NCBI GenBank assembly: GCA_947463885.1
Contig: CANHUQ010000001.1
Span: 1-56,765, forward strand
Reading direction: 5' to 3'
Source: Burkholderiales bacterium
GTDB lineage: Bacteria; Pseudomonadota; Gammaproteobacteria; Burkholderiales; Burkholderiaceae_E
Length of the DNA: 56,765 bases
The notes under the pieces were generated by a model. The model worked only from the letters and a program-made list of their open reading frames with translations. It made no database searches and had not been told where the DNA came from. The translations under genes were made by a program, and so were the position numbers. This document shows positions 12,091-21,197 of the stretch, one piece after another (within the stretch, counting starts at the first letter, position 1; every line of letters begins with the position of its first letter).

Positions 12091-13404
12091 TCAAATGCCC
12101 AGTTGCTGCACCCAGTCGATCGCTTGCATCTGAGCCAAGTTCAGTGACTTGGGGGTGAGCTCAAGCGCCTTGCACAAGGCGGCGACTCCACTGAGGGTGG
12201 GGTTCTCGCAAGCCTCGGCGAGCTCCAGATAAGGCGCGAGCACACCGGTGCGCGCCAGGAGTGCTTCAGTCACCATCGGTGGCAGATCCAGGTCGCTGAT
12301 AGCCTGAGCCATCGGCACCATCAGCATGGCCGGCAACAGCGAAAACGTCCCGGCAATGAACAGATTGTCTCGCTGTGCCACATCGAATCGGCCCTCGCCC
12401 AACAGCTCGATCAGACGCCCGCGGGTGATGGCCGTGCGCGCCAGCACCTGTGCAGTCGGGTCACGGCTGTCGGCAGTGGCCAGCAGCAGCGTGAGCCAGC
12501 GGGCAAGCTTGTTGTAGCCAAGCATCGAGATCGCCTGCTTGAGCGAATCAATGCGGGTCGACAGCCCCATGCCGGCTGAATTCATGTAACGCAGCAGCTT
12601 CACCGAGAGCGCGACATCGCGCTTGAGGGCATTGTCGACATCGACCACATCGGCATTGCGCAGCAACAGGCGAATCGCCTGCAGGACCGCTGCCTTGCCC
12701 GGTTCCAGGCGTCGCGCCGACAGCGTCTCGGGCCGTGCGAAGTAATAACCCTGCAGACAATCGAAGCCCAGCTCAAGGCACTGCTGCGCCTGCTCGCGAC
12801 TCTCCACCTTTTCGGCCACCAGCACGCGGCGCCCGCCCATCGCCGTCAGCAGCTTGGCCACGAGCGGCAGCTGGGCTGGTGCAATCCGCTGCAGATCGAC
12901 TTTCGCGTGGCTCGCCAGTGCAAAGAGTGGCGTGCGCAAGGCCGCCGGCGAATCGACCGTGACCGCCACGCCGAAGCCATCCTTGCGCAACTGCGCCAGA
13001 CGCTGCAGTGCCGCCTCGTCGAGCTGGATGTCGCCGCCGAACTCGAGCACGGTACGCCGGGCATCCAGCAGCGACAGCGGGGTGTGTTCGCTCACCGAGC
13101 GCGCGGCCACGTTGACGAATCCCACCTTGCCACCCAAGACTTGCTCGGTACCGATTTCGTTCAACAGTGATGCGATCACCACCAGGCTGGCATGTACTGC
13201 GTCTTCGAATGCCGCCCCGGTGGCCGTGCCATCTGCGCGGTACAGCAGCTCGTAGCCGATCAACTGCTGATGACGGTCCAGGATCGGCTGTCGGCCCAGA
13301 AAGGCCATCTGGTGTGTGTCTTCAAACGCGGGCGCAATGGCTGCGCTCAGCGCCTGGTCACGCTGCTGCGTGGTATGCGCCTCGGTCGTCACGGCTTGCG
13401 TCAT
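12091..13404 (-). CDS. EAL domain + HDOD domain protein (EAL residues largely retained)
   Basis: FLGRQPILDRHQQLIGYELLYR, FVNV, KVDL, AEKVES, LQGYYF, then an HDOD-like region LLRYMNSAGMGLSTRIDSLKQAISMLGYNKLARWL. ATG at 13404 overlaps the upstream stop (ATGA). Confidence 0.8.
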   Translation of the reverse strand: MTQAVTTEAHTTQQRDQALSAAIAPAFEDTHQMAFLGRQPILDRHQQLIGYELLYRADGTATGAAFEDAVHASLVVIASLLNEIGTEQVLGGKVGFVNVAARSVSEHTPLSLLDARRTVLEFGGDIQLDEAALQRLAQLRKDGFGVAVTVDSPAALRTPLFALASHAKVDLQRIAPAQLPLVAKLLTAMGGRRVLVAEKVESREQAQQCLELGFDCLQGYYFARPETLSARRLEPGKAAVLQAIRLLLRNADVVDVDNALKRDVALSVKLLRYMNSAGMGLSTRIDSLKQAISMLGYNKLARWLTLLLATADSRDPTAQVLARTAITRGRLIELLGEGRFDVAQRDNLFIAGTFSLLPAMLMVPMAQAISDLDLPPMVTEALLARTGVLAPYLELAEACENPTLSGVAALCKALELTPKSLNLAQMQAIDWVQQLGI

Positions 13405-14666
13405 GCGCTCACCCCTTGCCTGCGCTCCCAGGCGCGGGGGGTGTCGGCAGGCTCGCTGGTGTGGCGTCTGGCACGAGCCAACGCGCCGACCGACAAAGAC
13501 AGCTCGCTGCACAGTGCCTCGACCCGATCATCGTGTCCGGCCTCTAATGCATCTGCGAGATTGAGCAAGGCACCGAAACGGCCCTGGCGTGCGACCAGCG
13601 CATCGGCCACACCGTCAGGCAATGCCAGGGTGCTGACCGCCTCGGACATGGGCTGCATGAGCAGGGCGGGGAGCATCGACAAGCCGCCGACCAGAAAGAG
13701 GTTGTCCAGATCATGCCCGGCGAAATACTCCGCCCCAAGCAATTCGAGCACCTGACCGCGCAGGGCGGCGCTTTGTCCAAGCCGTCGGGCCGCCGGGGAC
13801 ACATCGTCCACACAGCTGAGCAAGAGTCGCAACCAGCGGGTGAGCCTGCGCATGCCCACCAGCGTCAGCGCATGACGCAGCGAGTCCAGTGGCATGAGCC
13901 GGCCGAAATTGGCCGACGCGATGAACCGCAGCAAACGCCAGCACAGCCCGACATCGCTGCGAAAGGTCTGCTCAATTGCAGACAGCGAGGCGCCTGTGGT
14001 GGCCTGCACCAGCGCCCTGCGCACGGTGTCGTGACACACGCCCAGACGAATCTGGCCCATCGATTCGACCGCACCGAAATGCGCACCCTGAAAGGCATGG
14101 CATCCGATCGCGTGGCTGCGGCTGGCGAGCTCCGGCGAATCGACCGACTCGGCAATCAGGGTCAGACCGCCGCGTGCCAGGCACGCAGCCAACGCATGCT
14201 CCGATCCGGGCGCCAGGTGTTTCATGTCCACCCGCAGGTGCGTCGCCCACCGCATCCAGGAGGCCTTGCGCTCGTCGTGGCGCGGCGCAGGCACAGCGAC
14301 CCCAAAGCCCTGTGTCCTGAGCGCCTCCAGTCGAGTGAGCATCCGGGGATCGTCGGTCTGCATGCTGCTCAGACTGACCACCGTGCGCCCGGGGTCGAGT
14401 CTGCGCAGATCGGTCAGGTCAGGCAGCGCCTGGGAATCGATCTCCAGGAAACCCGTCCGCCCAGCTAAAATGTGATCTGACCCCAGATCTTGCAGGAGGT
14501 TGGACAGCCCCTGGAGATCGGCTCTGCAGGCTGCTCGTTCGGCCTGGTGGGTGCCCTGCGGACGGCGCCACGACAAGCGAAAGCCGGCGAGTTCGCCCCG
14601 GCGATCCATGATCGGCTGTCGATCCAACAGGCTGGCAGTGCATGGTTCCATGGGCACCCACATCAT
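13401..14666 (-). CDS. EAL-like (degenerate) + HDOD domain protein
   Basis: Paralog of the downstream gene: LLDRQPIMDRRGELAGFRLSWR (Glu of the EAL motif replaced), FLEI in place of the Asn motif, then HDOD-like LLRFIASANFGRLMPLDSLRHALTLVGMRRLTRWL. Start taken at ATG 14666. Confidence 0.7.
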   Translation of the reverse strand: MMWVPMEPCTASLLDRQPIMDRRGELAGFRLSWRRPQGTHQAERAACRADLQGLSNLLQDLGSDHILAGRTGFLEIDSQALPDLTDLRRLDPGRTVVSLSSMQTDDPRMLTRLEALRTQGFGVAVPAPRHDERKASWMRWATHLRVDMKHLAPGSEHALAACLARGGLTLIAESVDSPELASRSHAIGCHAFQGAHFGAVESMGQIRLGVCHDTVRRALVQATTGASLSAIEQTFRSDVGLCWRLLRFIASANFGRLMPLDSLRHALTLVGMRRLTRWLRLLLSCVDDVSPAARRLGQSAALRGQVLELLGAEYFAGHDLDNLFLVGGLSMLPALLMQPMSEAVSTLALPDGVADALVARQGRFGALLNLADALEAGHDDRVEALCSELSLSVGALARARRHTSEPADTPRAWERRQGVSA

Positions 14667-14676
14667 CGTAACGGTA

Positions 14677-14703
14677 TGGACACGATTATGTCCAAATCGT
14701 GTC
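14677..14703. promoter_or_regulatory. two overlapping inverted repeats immediately upstream of the EAL-HDOD operon
   Basis: TGGACAcgattaTGTCCA (14677-14694) overlaps GACACGATT-atgtcca-AATCGTGTC (14679-14703). Both are perfect and lie 11-37 nt upstream of ATG 14666. Confidence 0.4.
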
Positions 14704-14840
14704 TGACTGCGTGCAGCACCCGTTCGATGCCGGACCGACGGACAAGCGAGGCCGTCAGTCGGTATCAAGTACGATGCGCCCGTGCCGATGTGTGTCAACG
14801 ATGAGGCCGATTGCGCGCCGCACCACAGCCGTCGTTGCGC

Positions 14841-15824
14841 CTAGAACACGCTCTCGCGTACGAACACCAGGTCATCGGGGCGCACGGGCTCATCAAGCCG
14901 AACCTCCAGGACTTGCACGCTGCCACTGGCCGCACGCCGATGCAGACGCACCCCACGATCGGTGCCGCGCAAGGTCAGCCCACCGCCTTTGGCGATCGCC
15001 TGGGCCACGGTCAGGCCGCGGTCTACGCCGTACATCCCCGGGCGCTGCACTTGTCCATAAATGTAGTACTGGGGCGCGCGTCCGACATAGATCAGGTCAC
15101 CGGCCTGCAAAGCGGGGTCGCGCGCCAGATCGCCGCTGGCGAACATGGCCGCCAGATCCACTTCCAATCGGGCGGCCTGTCCGCTGCGACGGGTCACCAG
15201 CACCACTTCGTCGGCGCCGGCCGGCCCCACGCCGCCGGCCAAGGAGACCATTTCCGACAGGCGCATGCCGGTGGTCTCGATCGGGTAACGACCCGGGCGG
15301 GCGACGTTACCCAGGACGGAGACCTGCTGACTGCGAAACGCGGTCACATTGACGGTGACTTGCGGACTTTGCAGAAAGCGGCCCTGACGCAGCCGCTCGG
15401 CCAGATGCTGCTCCAGTTCGGACACGGACAACCCCGCGACCCGAACCGCACCGATCAGCGGATAAGACAGCACACCGGCTTCCGAGATCCGAGCTTCCAC
15501 AGTCAGGTCAGGACTCTGAAAGACCTGAATGCGCAGGGCATCGCCTGCGCCCAGCCGATAGTCGTCCCGCACGGCGTCGGGCGTGGCGCGCTCTGCCGCA
15601 GGGGCGGCCAGCGCCGACGGTGCCAGCGAAGAGGCCGGCAATACGTTAGGCGGCGACACCGGTGTGGTTTGAGCGATGGCCGGTGAGGACACAGTGTCGG
15701 GTGCGGCCGCAGCGCTGCCCGGCGCCAACCCTGTACAGGCGGCGGCGAAGCTCAGGTACAACGCCAGATGACGGACACCCACACGGCGGTTCAGCCGGGG
15801 GGCAGATGCAGTCGATACCTTCAT
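14841..15824 (-). CDS. outer-membrane polysaccharide export (OPX, Wza-like; Poly_export + SLBB)
   Basis: YRLGAGDALRIQVFQSPDLTVEARISEAGVLSYPLIGAVRVAGLSVSELEQHLAERL is the Poly_export signature; SLBB-like repeats follow. ATG 15824 (MKVSTASAPRLNRR...FAAAC signal). Confidence 0.8.
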   Translation of the reverse strand: MKVSTASAPRLNRRVGVRHLALYLSFAAACTGLAPGSAAAAPDTVSSPAIAQTTPVSPPNVLPASSLAPSALAAPAAERATPDAVRDDYRLGAGDALRIQVFQSPDLTVEARISEAGVLSYPLIGAVRVAGLSVSELEQHLAERLRQGRFLQSPQVTVNVTAFRSQQVSVLGNVARPGRYPIETTGMRLSEMVSLAGGVGPAGADEVVLVTRRSGQAARLEVDLAAMFASGDLARDPALQAGDLIYVGRAPQYYIYGQVQRPGMYGVDRGLTVAQAIAKGGGLTLRGTDRGVRLHRRAASGSVQVLEVRLDEPVRPDDLVFVRESVF

Positions 15825-15898
15825 GCAAGTACTCCTGTGCGAAGTGAGACCCGAACGGCGAGCGTCCGGACAAGGGATCACGCCCATGGCCACCGCAT

Positions 15899-17182
15899 TC
15901 AGAACGCGGTCGACACACCCACACCAGCCCAGCGGTCGGTGAAGTCGTAACCTGGGTAATTGGAGTCGCGTGACAGCTGGCGAACCGAGGCGCTGAGCCA
16001 GGTGCGCCGCGCGATCTGGTAGCGCAATTCGAGCCCGTACTGGCGGAGGTGATCCTCACGCACCAGCCCGCCGCTCAGGGCGGTGCCAGGATCGCCGAGA
16101 TACTGACGATTGGAGTAAGCCACCGTCGCCTCCAGCCGTGTACGCCCGGTGATCTGCCAAGCTGGCCGCAGCGCGACACCGCGGACCTCGATGTAGTTTG
16201 CAGATGGCACCGCGGCCACCTCGATGCTGCGCAACAGCCCGCCTCGCATCACGACAGCGCCCGACAGCGGCCACTCGGCATCCAGGCCCAGCGTCACGCC
16301 GCTAAAGTCACGCTGAGACAGGTTGTCGTATCGGCGCTGCGTGTAGCCCAACTGCCCGGCGATCCGACTGGCATCGTGCGGTCTGTAGGCCAGGCGCACG
16401 AGCGGGGTGTCCTGGGTGTAGGCGTTGTCCACCGCATCGGGCAGCGGGGCCCCGTTGGCATCGACGATCTGTCGATTCGGGTAGCGGGCCGTCTCATGGC
16501 GCCAGACCGCATCGAGCTCCAGCGCACTCTGCGGGGCGTATCGCAGGCCTGCCTCCAGACCGGTCCGGCTGTAGTCGGCCGGCTGCTGGCTCAGCAGCGA
16601 GTTGCTCGCGTAGGTTTCGTCAAACGCTGCAATGGCTGCCCAGGCCTGGGTCAGGCGCAGACCAGCCAGGGCCCTGACACTGGCCAGGGTCTGCAGGTTG
16701 TTCGCATAGGCGCCCACCAGATCGAACGGGGTTTGCTCGCGGCCCACGCGCGCCACCACGTCACCAAACCAGCCGCGACCGATCGCCCAGTTCCAGGTCG
16801 CGCCCAGGCCATAGCCCAGGTAGCTGTAGTCGGCATTGTCCAGGTAGCGCACCGGCACCACGAACGCCTCCAATCCCACCCGCTGCAGTCCGATCACCCG
16901 TTCCAGGCGCACCCCTGCCGTGGCGCGCAACACCGTGTCCGAGGGGCCGCCCGCGACGCGAAAGACGTTGTCGTGCTGCTCGACCTCGAGCGCGCCATGG
17001 ACGGTCAAAACGTCCGGCACCTCCGTAGGCAGCGCCACCGGCTGGGCGCCGACCCCCCCGGCAAGAGCCAGGCATGCGGTTGCCGCACAGGCCTGCGCCA
17101 CTGCGCGGCGGCGCGGGCTGGCGGGGCCAGGCGGCAGGACGGTCAGTGCATCGGACAAGGAGCCAGTTAAAGCATCGGTCAT
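15899..17182 (-). CDS. outer-membrane beta-barrel protein of EPS loci (EpsL / PEP-CTERM-locus-type porin-like)
   Basis: Signal peptide (ACLALAGGVGAQP), alternating beta-strand-like pattern rich in Y/G/R/D, and the terminal ...GVGVSTAF aromatic OMP signature. It is directly upstream of the OPX gene. Confidence 0.55.
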   Translation of the reverse strand: MTDALTGSLSDALTVLPPGPASPRRRAVAQACAATACLALAGGVGAQPVALPTEVPDVLTVHGALEVEQHDNVFRVAGGPSDTVLRATAGVRLERVIGLQRVGLEAFVVPVRYLDNADYSYLGYGLGATWNWAIGRGWFGDVVARVGREQTPFDLVGAYANNLQTLASVRALAGLRLTQAWAAIAAFDETYASNSLLSQQPADYSRTGLEAGLRYAPQSALELDAVWRHETARYPNRQIVDANGAPLPDAVDNAYTQDTPLVRLAYRPHDASRIAGQLGYTQRRYDNLSQRDFSGVTLGLDAEWPLSGAVVMRGGLLRSIEVAAVPSANYIEVRGVALRPAWQITGRTRLEATVAYSNRQYLGDPGTALSGGLVREDHLRQYGLELRYQIARRTWLSASVRQLSRDSNYPGYDFTDRWAGVGVSTAF

Positions 17183-17540
17183 GGCGGTCAGCCTGGCAGG
17201 TGGCCAGCGGCCACGATTGAGACCACCGTAGCAGCCGGACTGCGGAGCGGATACCGCCGTGTCAGCATGGCTGGGGGACCGACGCGGGCACTCCCTCGGT
17301 CGGTGCAGGCAGGCCATCGTCAGTCTGCGCAGCCTGGCCTTTCGGACCGAATCCCGCACTGCTGCACCGCTTGCGGGGGCATGCCCAAGCAACGAGGCGG
17401 TGATGCGGTTGCCGGGGCCTACCTGCTGAGCCGCAGGGCGCCGATAGCAGGGTCAGCCTCACGCCGATCACTGGACGGGGTCTGATCTGACCCCTGCACG
17501 CGCTCACCACCCGTCCTTTCAGATGAGATCTCTCTGCCGA

Positions 17541-17630
17541 TTGAGTAGATTGTGTCTATATAGACAAAATCTATTAGCACTCTCTATAGACGAGTGCTAG
17601 GATATTCATTCCGAGGCACGGTGCCTTGGG
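17541..17630 (+). promoter_or_regulatory. AT-rich palindrome-dense region upstream of rpoH (promoter/operator/5' leader)
   Basis: TAGATTgTGTCTATATAGACAaAATCTA (17546-17573; perfect core TGTCTATATAGACA 17553-17566). TAGCACTC-tctatagac-GAGTGCTA (17575-17599). CCGAGGCAC-g-GTGCCTTGG (17611-17629). Then AAGGAAG and ATG 17655. Confidence 0.45.
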
Positions 17631-17654
17631 TACAACCTTGAAAAGGAAGACTGA

Positions 17655-18551
<897 letters not shown>

Positions 18552-18561
18552 GTCCGAAACA

Positions 18562-18590
18562 GGCCCGGTTCCTCCTCAGGGGACCGGGCC
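18562..18590. terminator. GC-rich hairpin between convergent rpoH and epimerase genes
   Basis: GGCCCGGT-tcctcctcagggg-ACCGGGCC, 11 nt after the rpoH stop. No clear U-tract, so possibly bidirectional. Confidence 0.45.
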
Positions 18591-18609
18591 GTCTGATCGG
18601 CGTTGCAGT

Positions 18610-19617
18610 TCAGCGCCGGTAAAACGCCCGATACCAGCTCACAAAGCGCTGCACGCCCTCGGTGAGCGGCGTGCCCGGCGCAAAGCCCACCAGCGCAGCC
18701 AACTCCGAGGTGTCGGCAAACGTCGCCGGCACATCGCCCTCCTGCATCGGCAAGAAATGCTTGGTCGCCTCGCGACCAATGGCTGATTCCATGGCGCCGA
18801 TGAAGGCCATCAGCGGCACCGGGTCGGCATTGCCGATGTTGAACACACGATACGGCGCGCGGCTTGTGGCCGGATCAGGGCGCAGGGGATCGAAAGCAGG
18901 ATTGCCCTGCGGCGGATGATCCAGCAGCCGCACTACGCCTTCGACGATATCGTCGATGTAGGTGAAGTCGCGCTTCATGTCGCCATGGTTGAAGACGTTG
19001 ATCGGGCGACCCGCCAGGATGGCGTCGGCGAACAGGAACGGCGCCATATCGGGCCGGCCCCACGGGCCGTACACCGTAAAGAAACGCAGTCCCGTCGTCG
19101 GCAGCTGGAACAGATGGCTGTAGGTGTGGGCCATCAGTTCGTTGGCCTTCTTGGTGGCCGCATACAGGCTCACCGGATGGTCCACCGCGTCGTGCTCGGA
19201 GAACGGCATCTTGGTGTTGCCGCCGTACACGCTGGAGGAGGAGGCATACACCAGGTGCTTCACGCCCCCGTGCCGACAGGCCTCCAACATATTGGTAAAG
19301 CCGACCAGGTTGGCGCTGGCATAGGCATGGGGATGCGTGATGGAGTAGCGCACACCGGCCTGGGCCGCCAGATGCACGACACGCTCGAAGCGATGTGCAT
19401 CGAAGCAGCGCTGCATGGCGGCCATATCCGCAATATCCATGCGCTGGAATGTAAAGGCCGGATACGCCTGCAGTTGCGCCAGCCGAGCTTCCTTGAGCGC
19501 CGGATCGTAGTAGGCATTCAGATCATCAATGCCCACCACCTCATGGCCCGCGCCCAGCAGTCGCTGCGCGACATGCATGCCGATGAAGCCAGCTGCACCG
19601 GTGACCAGCAGCTTCAT
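18610..19617 (-). CDS. UDP-glucuronate 4-epimerase (NAD-dependent epimerase, CapI/LpsL type)
   Basis: MKLLVTGAAGFIGMH, HLAAQAGVRYS, YASSSSVYG, SLYAATKKANELMAH, GLRFFTVYGPWGRPDMA. ATG 19617. Confidence 0.85.
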   Translation of the reverse strand: MKLLVTGAAGFIGMHVAQRLLGAGHEVVGIDDLNAYYDPALKEARLAQLQAYPAFTFQRMDIADMAAMQRCFDAHRFERVVHLAAQAGVRYSITHPHAYASANLVGFTNMLEACRHGGVKHLVYASSSSVYGGNTKMPFSEHDAVDHPVSLYAATKKANELMAHTYSHLFQLPTTGLRFFTVYGPWGRPDMAPFLFADAILAGRPINVFNHGDMKRDFTYIDDIVEGVVRLLDHPPQGNPAFDPLRPDPATSRAPYRVFNIGNADPVPLMAFIGAMESAIGREATKHFLPMQEGDVPATFADTSELAALVGFAPGTPLTEGVQRFVSWYRAFYRR

Positions 19618-19651
19618 GCCAGAGCCCTTATCAGGATGAGCACCGCCATGC

Positions 19652-20974
19652 TTAGAGCCGGCCGATCGAGATGTAGTCCAGACCGGCTGCGCGCGGCAGG
19701 GCCGGCGGATACATGTTGCGTCCGTCGATGACCAGCGGCTGCTTGAGCGCGTTGCGGATCGCATCGAAGTCGGGGCTGCGGAACTCCTTCCATTCGGTTA
19801 CGATCAGCAGCGCATCCGCGCCTTCCAGCGCCTGCATCGGGCCTTCCGCATACGTCAGGCCGGCACACTCGCCGATGGCGCGCTGCGCCTCGTGGATGGC
19901 CACCGGATCATAGGCGCACACGGTGGCGCCACGCGCAATGAGCGCATCGATGATCACGCGGCTGGGCGCCTCACGCATGTCGTCGGTGTTGGGCTTGAAG
20001 GCCAGTCCCCAGAGGGCAAACCGCCGCCCGGATAGGTTTTCGCCGAAGCGAGCCACCACTTTTTCGACCAGTACATGCTTTTGCGCGTCGTTGGCGGCTT
20101 CCACTGCGCCGAGCACCTTCATGTCGCGCCCGTTCTCGCTGCCGATGCGAATCAGTGCCTTCACATCCTTGGGAAAGCACGAGCCACCGTAGCCCGCACC
20201 GGCATACAGAAAGTGATAGCCGATCCGCGGATCAGAACCTATGCCCTGCCGCACCAGCTCGATGTCAGCGCCCACCTGCTCGGCAAGCAGCGCGAGCTCA
20301 TTCATGAAGGAAATGCGGGTGGCCAACATTGCGTTGGCGGCGTATTTGGTGAGCTCGGCCGAGCGCACATCCATCACCACCAGTCGTTCGTGGTTGCGCT
20401 GGAACGGCGAATACAGCGCCTTCATGAGGAAGATCGCCTGCTCGTCGTCGGCGCCCACCACGATGCGGTCGGGCCGCATGAAGTCGTCGACGGCAGCGCC
20501 TTCCTTCAGAAACTCGGGATTCGACACCACGGCATAGGGGACCTCAACGCCACGGGCCTTCAGTTCCTGGCCCACGGCCTCGCGCACTTTGTCGGCGGTG
20601 CCGACCGGTACGGTCGACTTGTCGACGATGACCTTGTAATCGGTCATGTACTTGCCAACATTGCGTGCAGCCGCGAGCACATATTGCAGATCGGCCGAGC
20701 CGTCTTCGTCAGGGGGCGTGCCCACCGCGATGAACTGGATGGTGCCGTGCTCGGCTGCGCGCTTCGGGTCGAGCGTGAACTTCATCCGGTTGGCCGCAAC
20801 GTTGCGTCGGACCATATCCTGCAGCCCAGGTTCCCAGATGGGGATTTCGCCGCGTTCGAGCATCTCGATTTTGCGCGGATCAACGTCCATGCACAGCACG
20901 TCGTTGCCCATTTCGGCCAGGCAGGCGCCTGAGACCAGACCGACATAGCCGGTCCCGATGACAGTGATTTTCAT
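19652..20974 (-). CDS. ugd: UDP-glucose 6-dehydrogenase
   Basis: [35 protein letters not shown] catalytic Cys motif. 440 aa. Confidence 0.95.
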   Translation of the reverse strand: MKITVIGTGYVGLVSGACLAEMGNDVLCMDVDPRKIEMLERGEIPIWEPGLQDMVRRNVAANRMKFTLDPKRAAEHGTIQFIAVGTPPDEDGSADLQYVLAAARNVGKYMTDYKVIVDKSTVPVGTADKVREAVGQELKARGVEVPYAVVSNPEFLKEGAAVDDFMRPDRIVVGADDEQAIFLMKALYSPFQRNHERLVVMDVRSAELTKYAANAMLATRISFMNELALLAEQVGADIELVRQGIGSDPRIGYHFLYAGAGYGGSCFPKDVKALIRIGSENGRDMKVLGAVEAANDAQKHVLVEKVVARFGENLSGRRFALWGLAFKPNTDDMREAPSRVIIDALIARGATVCAYDPVAIHEAQRAIGECAGLTYAEGPMQALEGADALLIVTEWKEFRSPDFDAIRNALKQPLVIDGRNMYPPALPRAAGLDYISIGRL

Positions 20975-21197
20975 GCCGGCATGATAAACGCAGGCTCATC
21001 AAGCCGCTGTGACATGCGCCACTGACGCGCACGAAGTGAGCGGCGTGTCGGCAGCCACGCCACAGCGCGGCACCGGGGCAACGCTGATACGCGGCGGTGC
21101 CCAGAACCACCGCTTCGGCCTCACACAGGCACGATCGTCGCCTGATCGCAGGCATACAGCCCGGCCTTGAGGGCTGCCCTCGGTCAGGACACACAGG

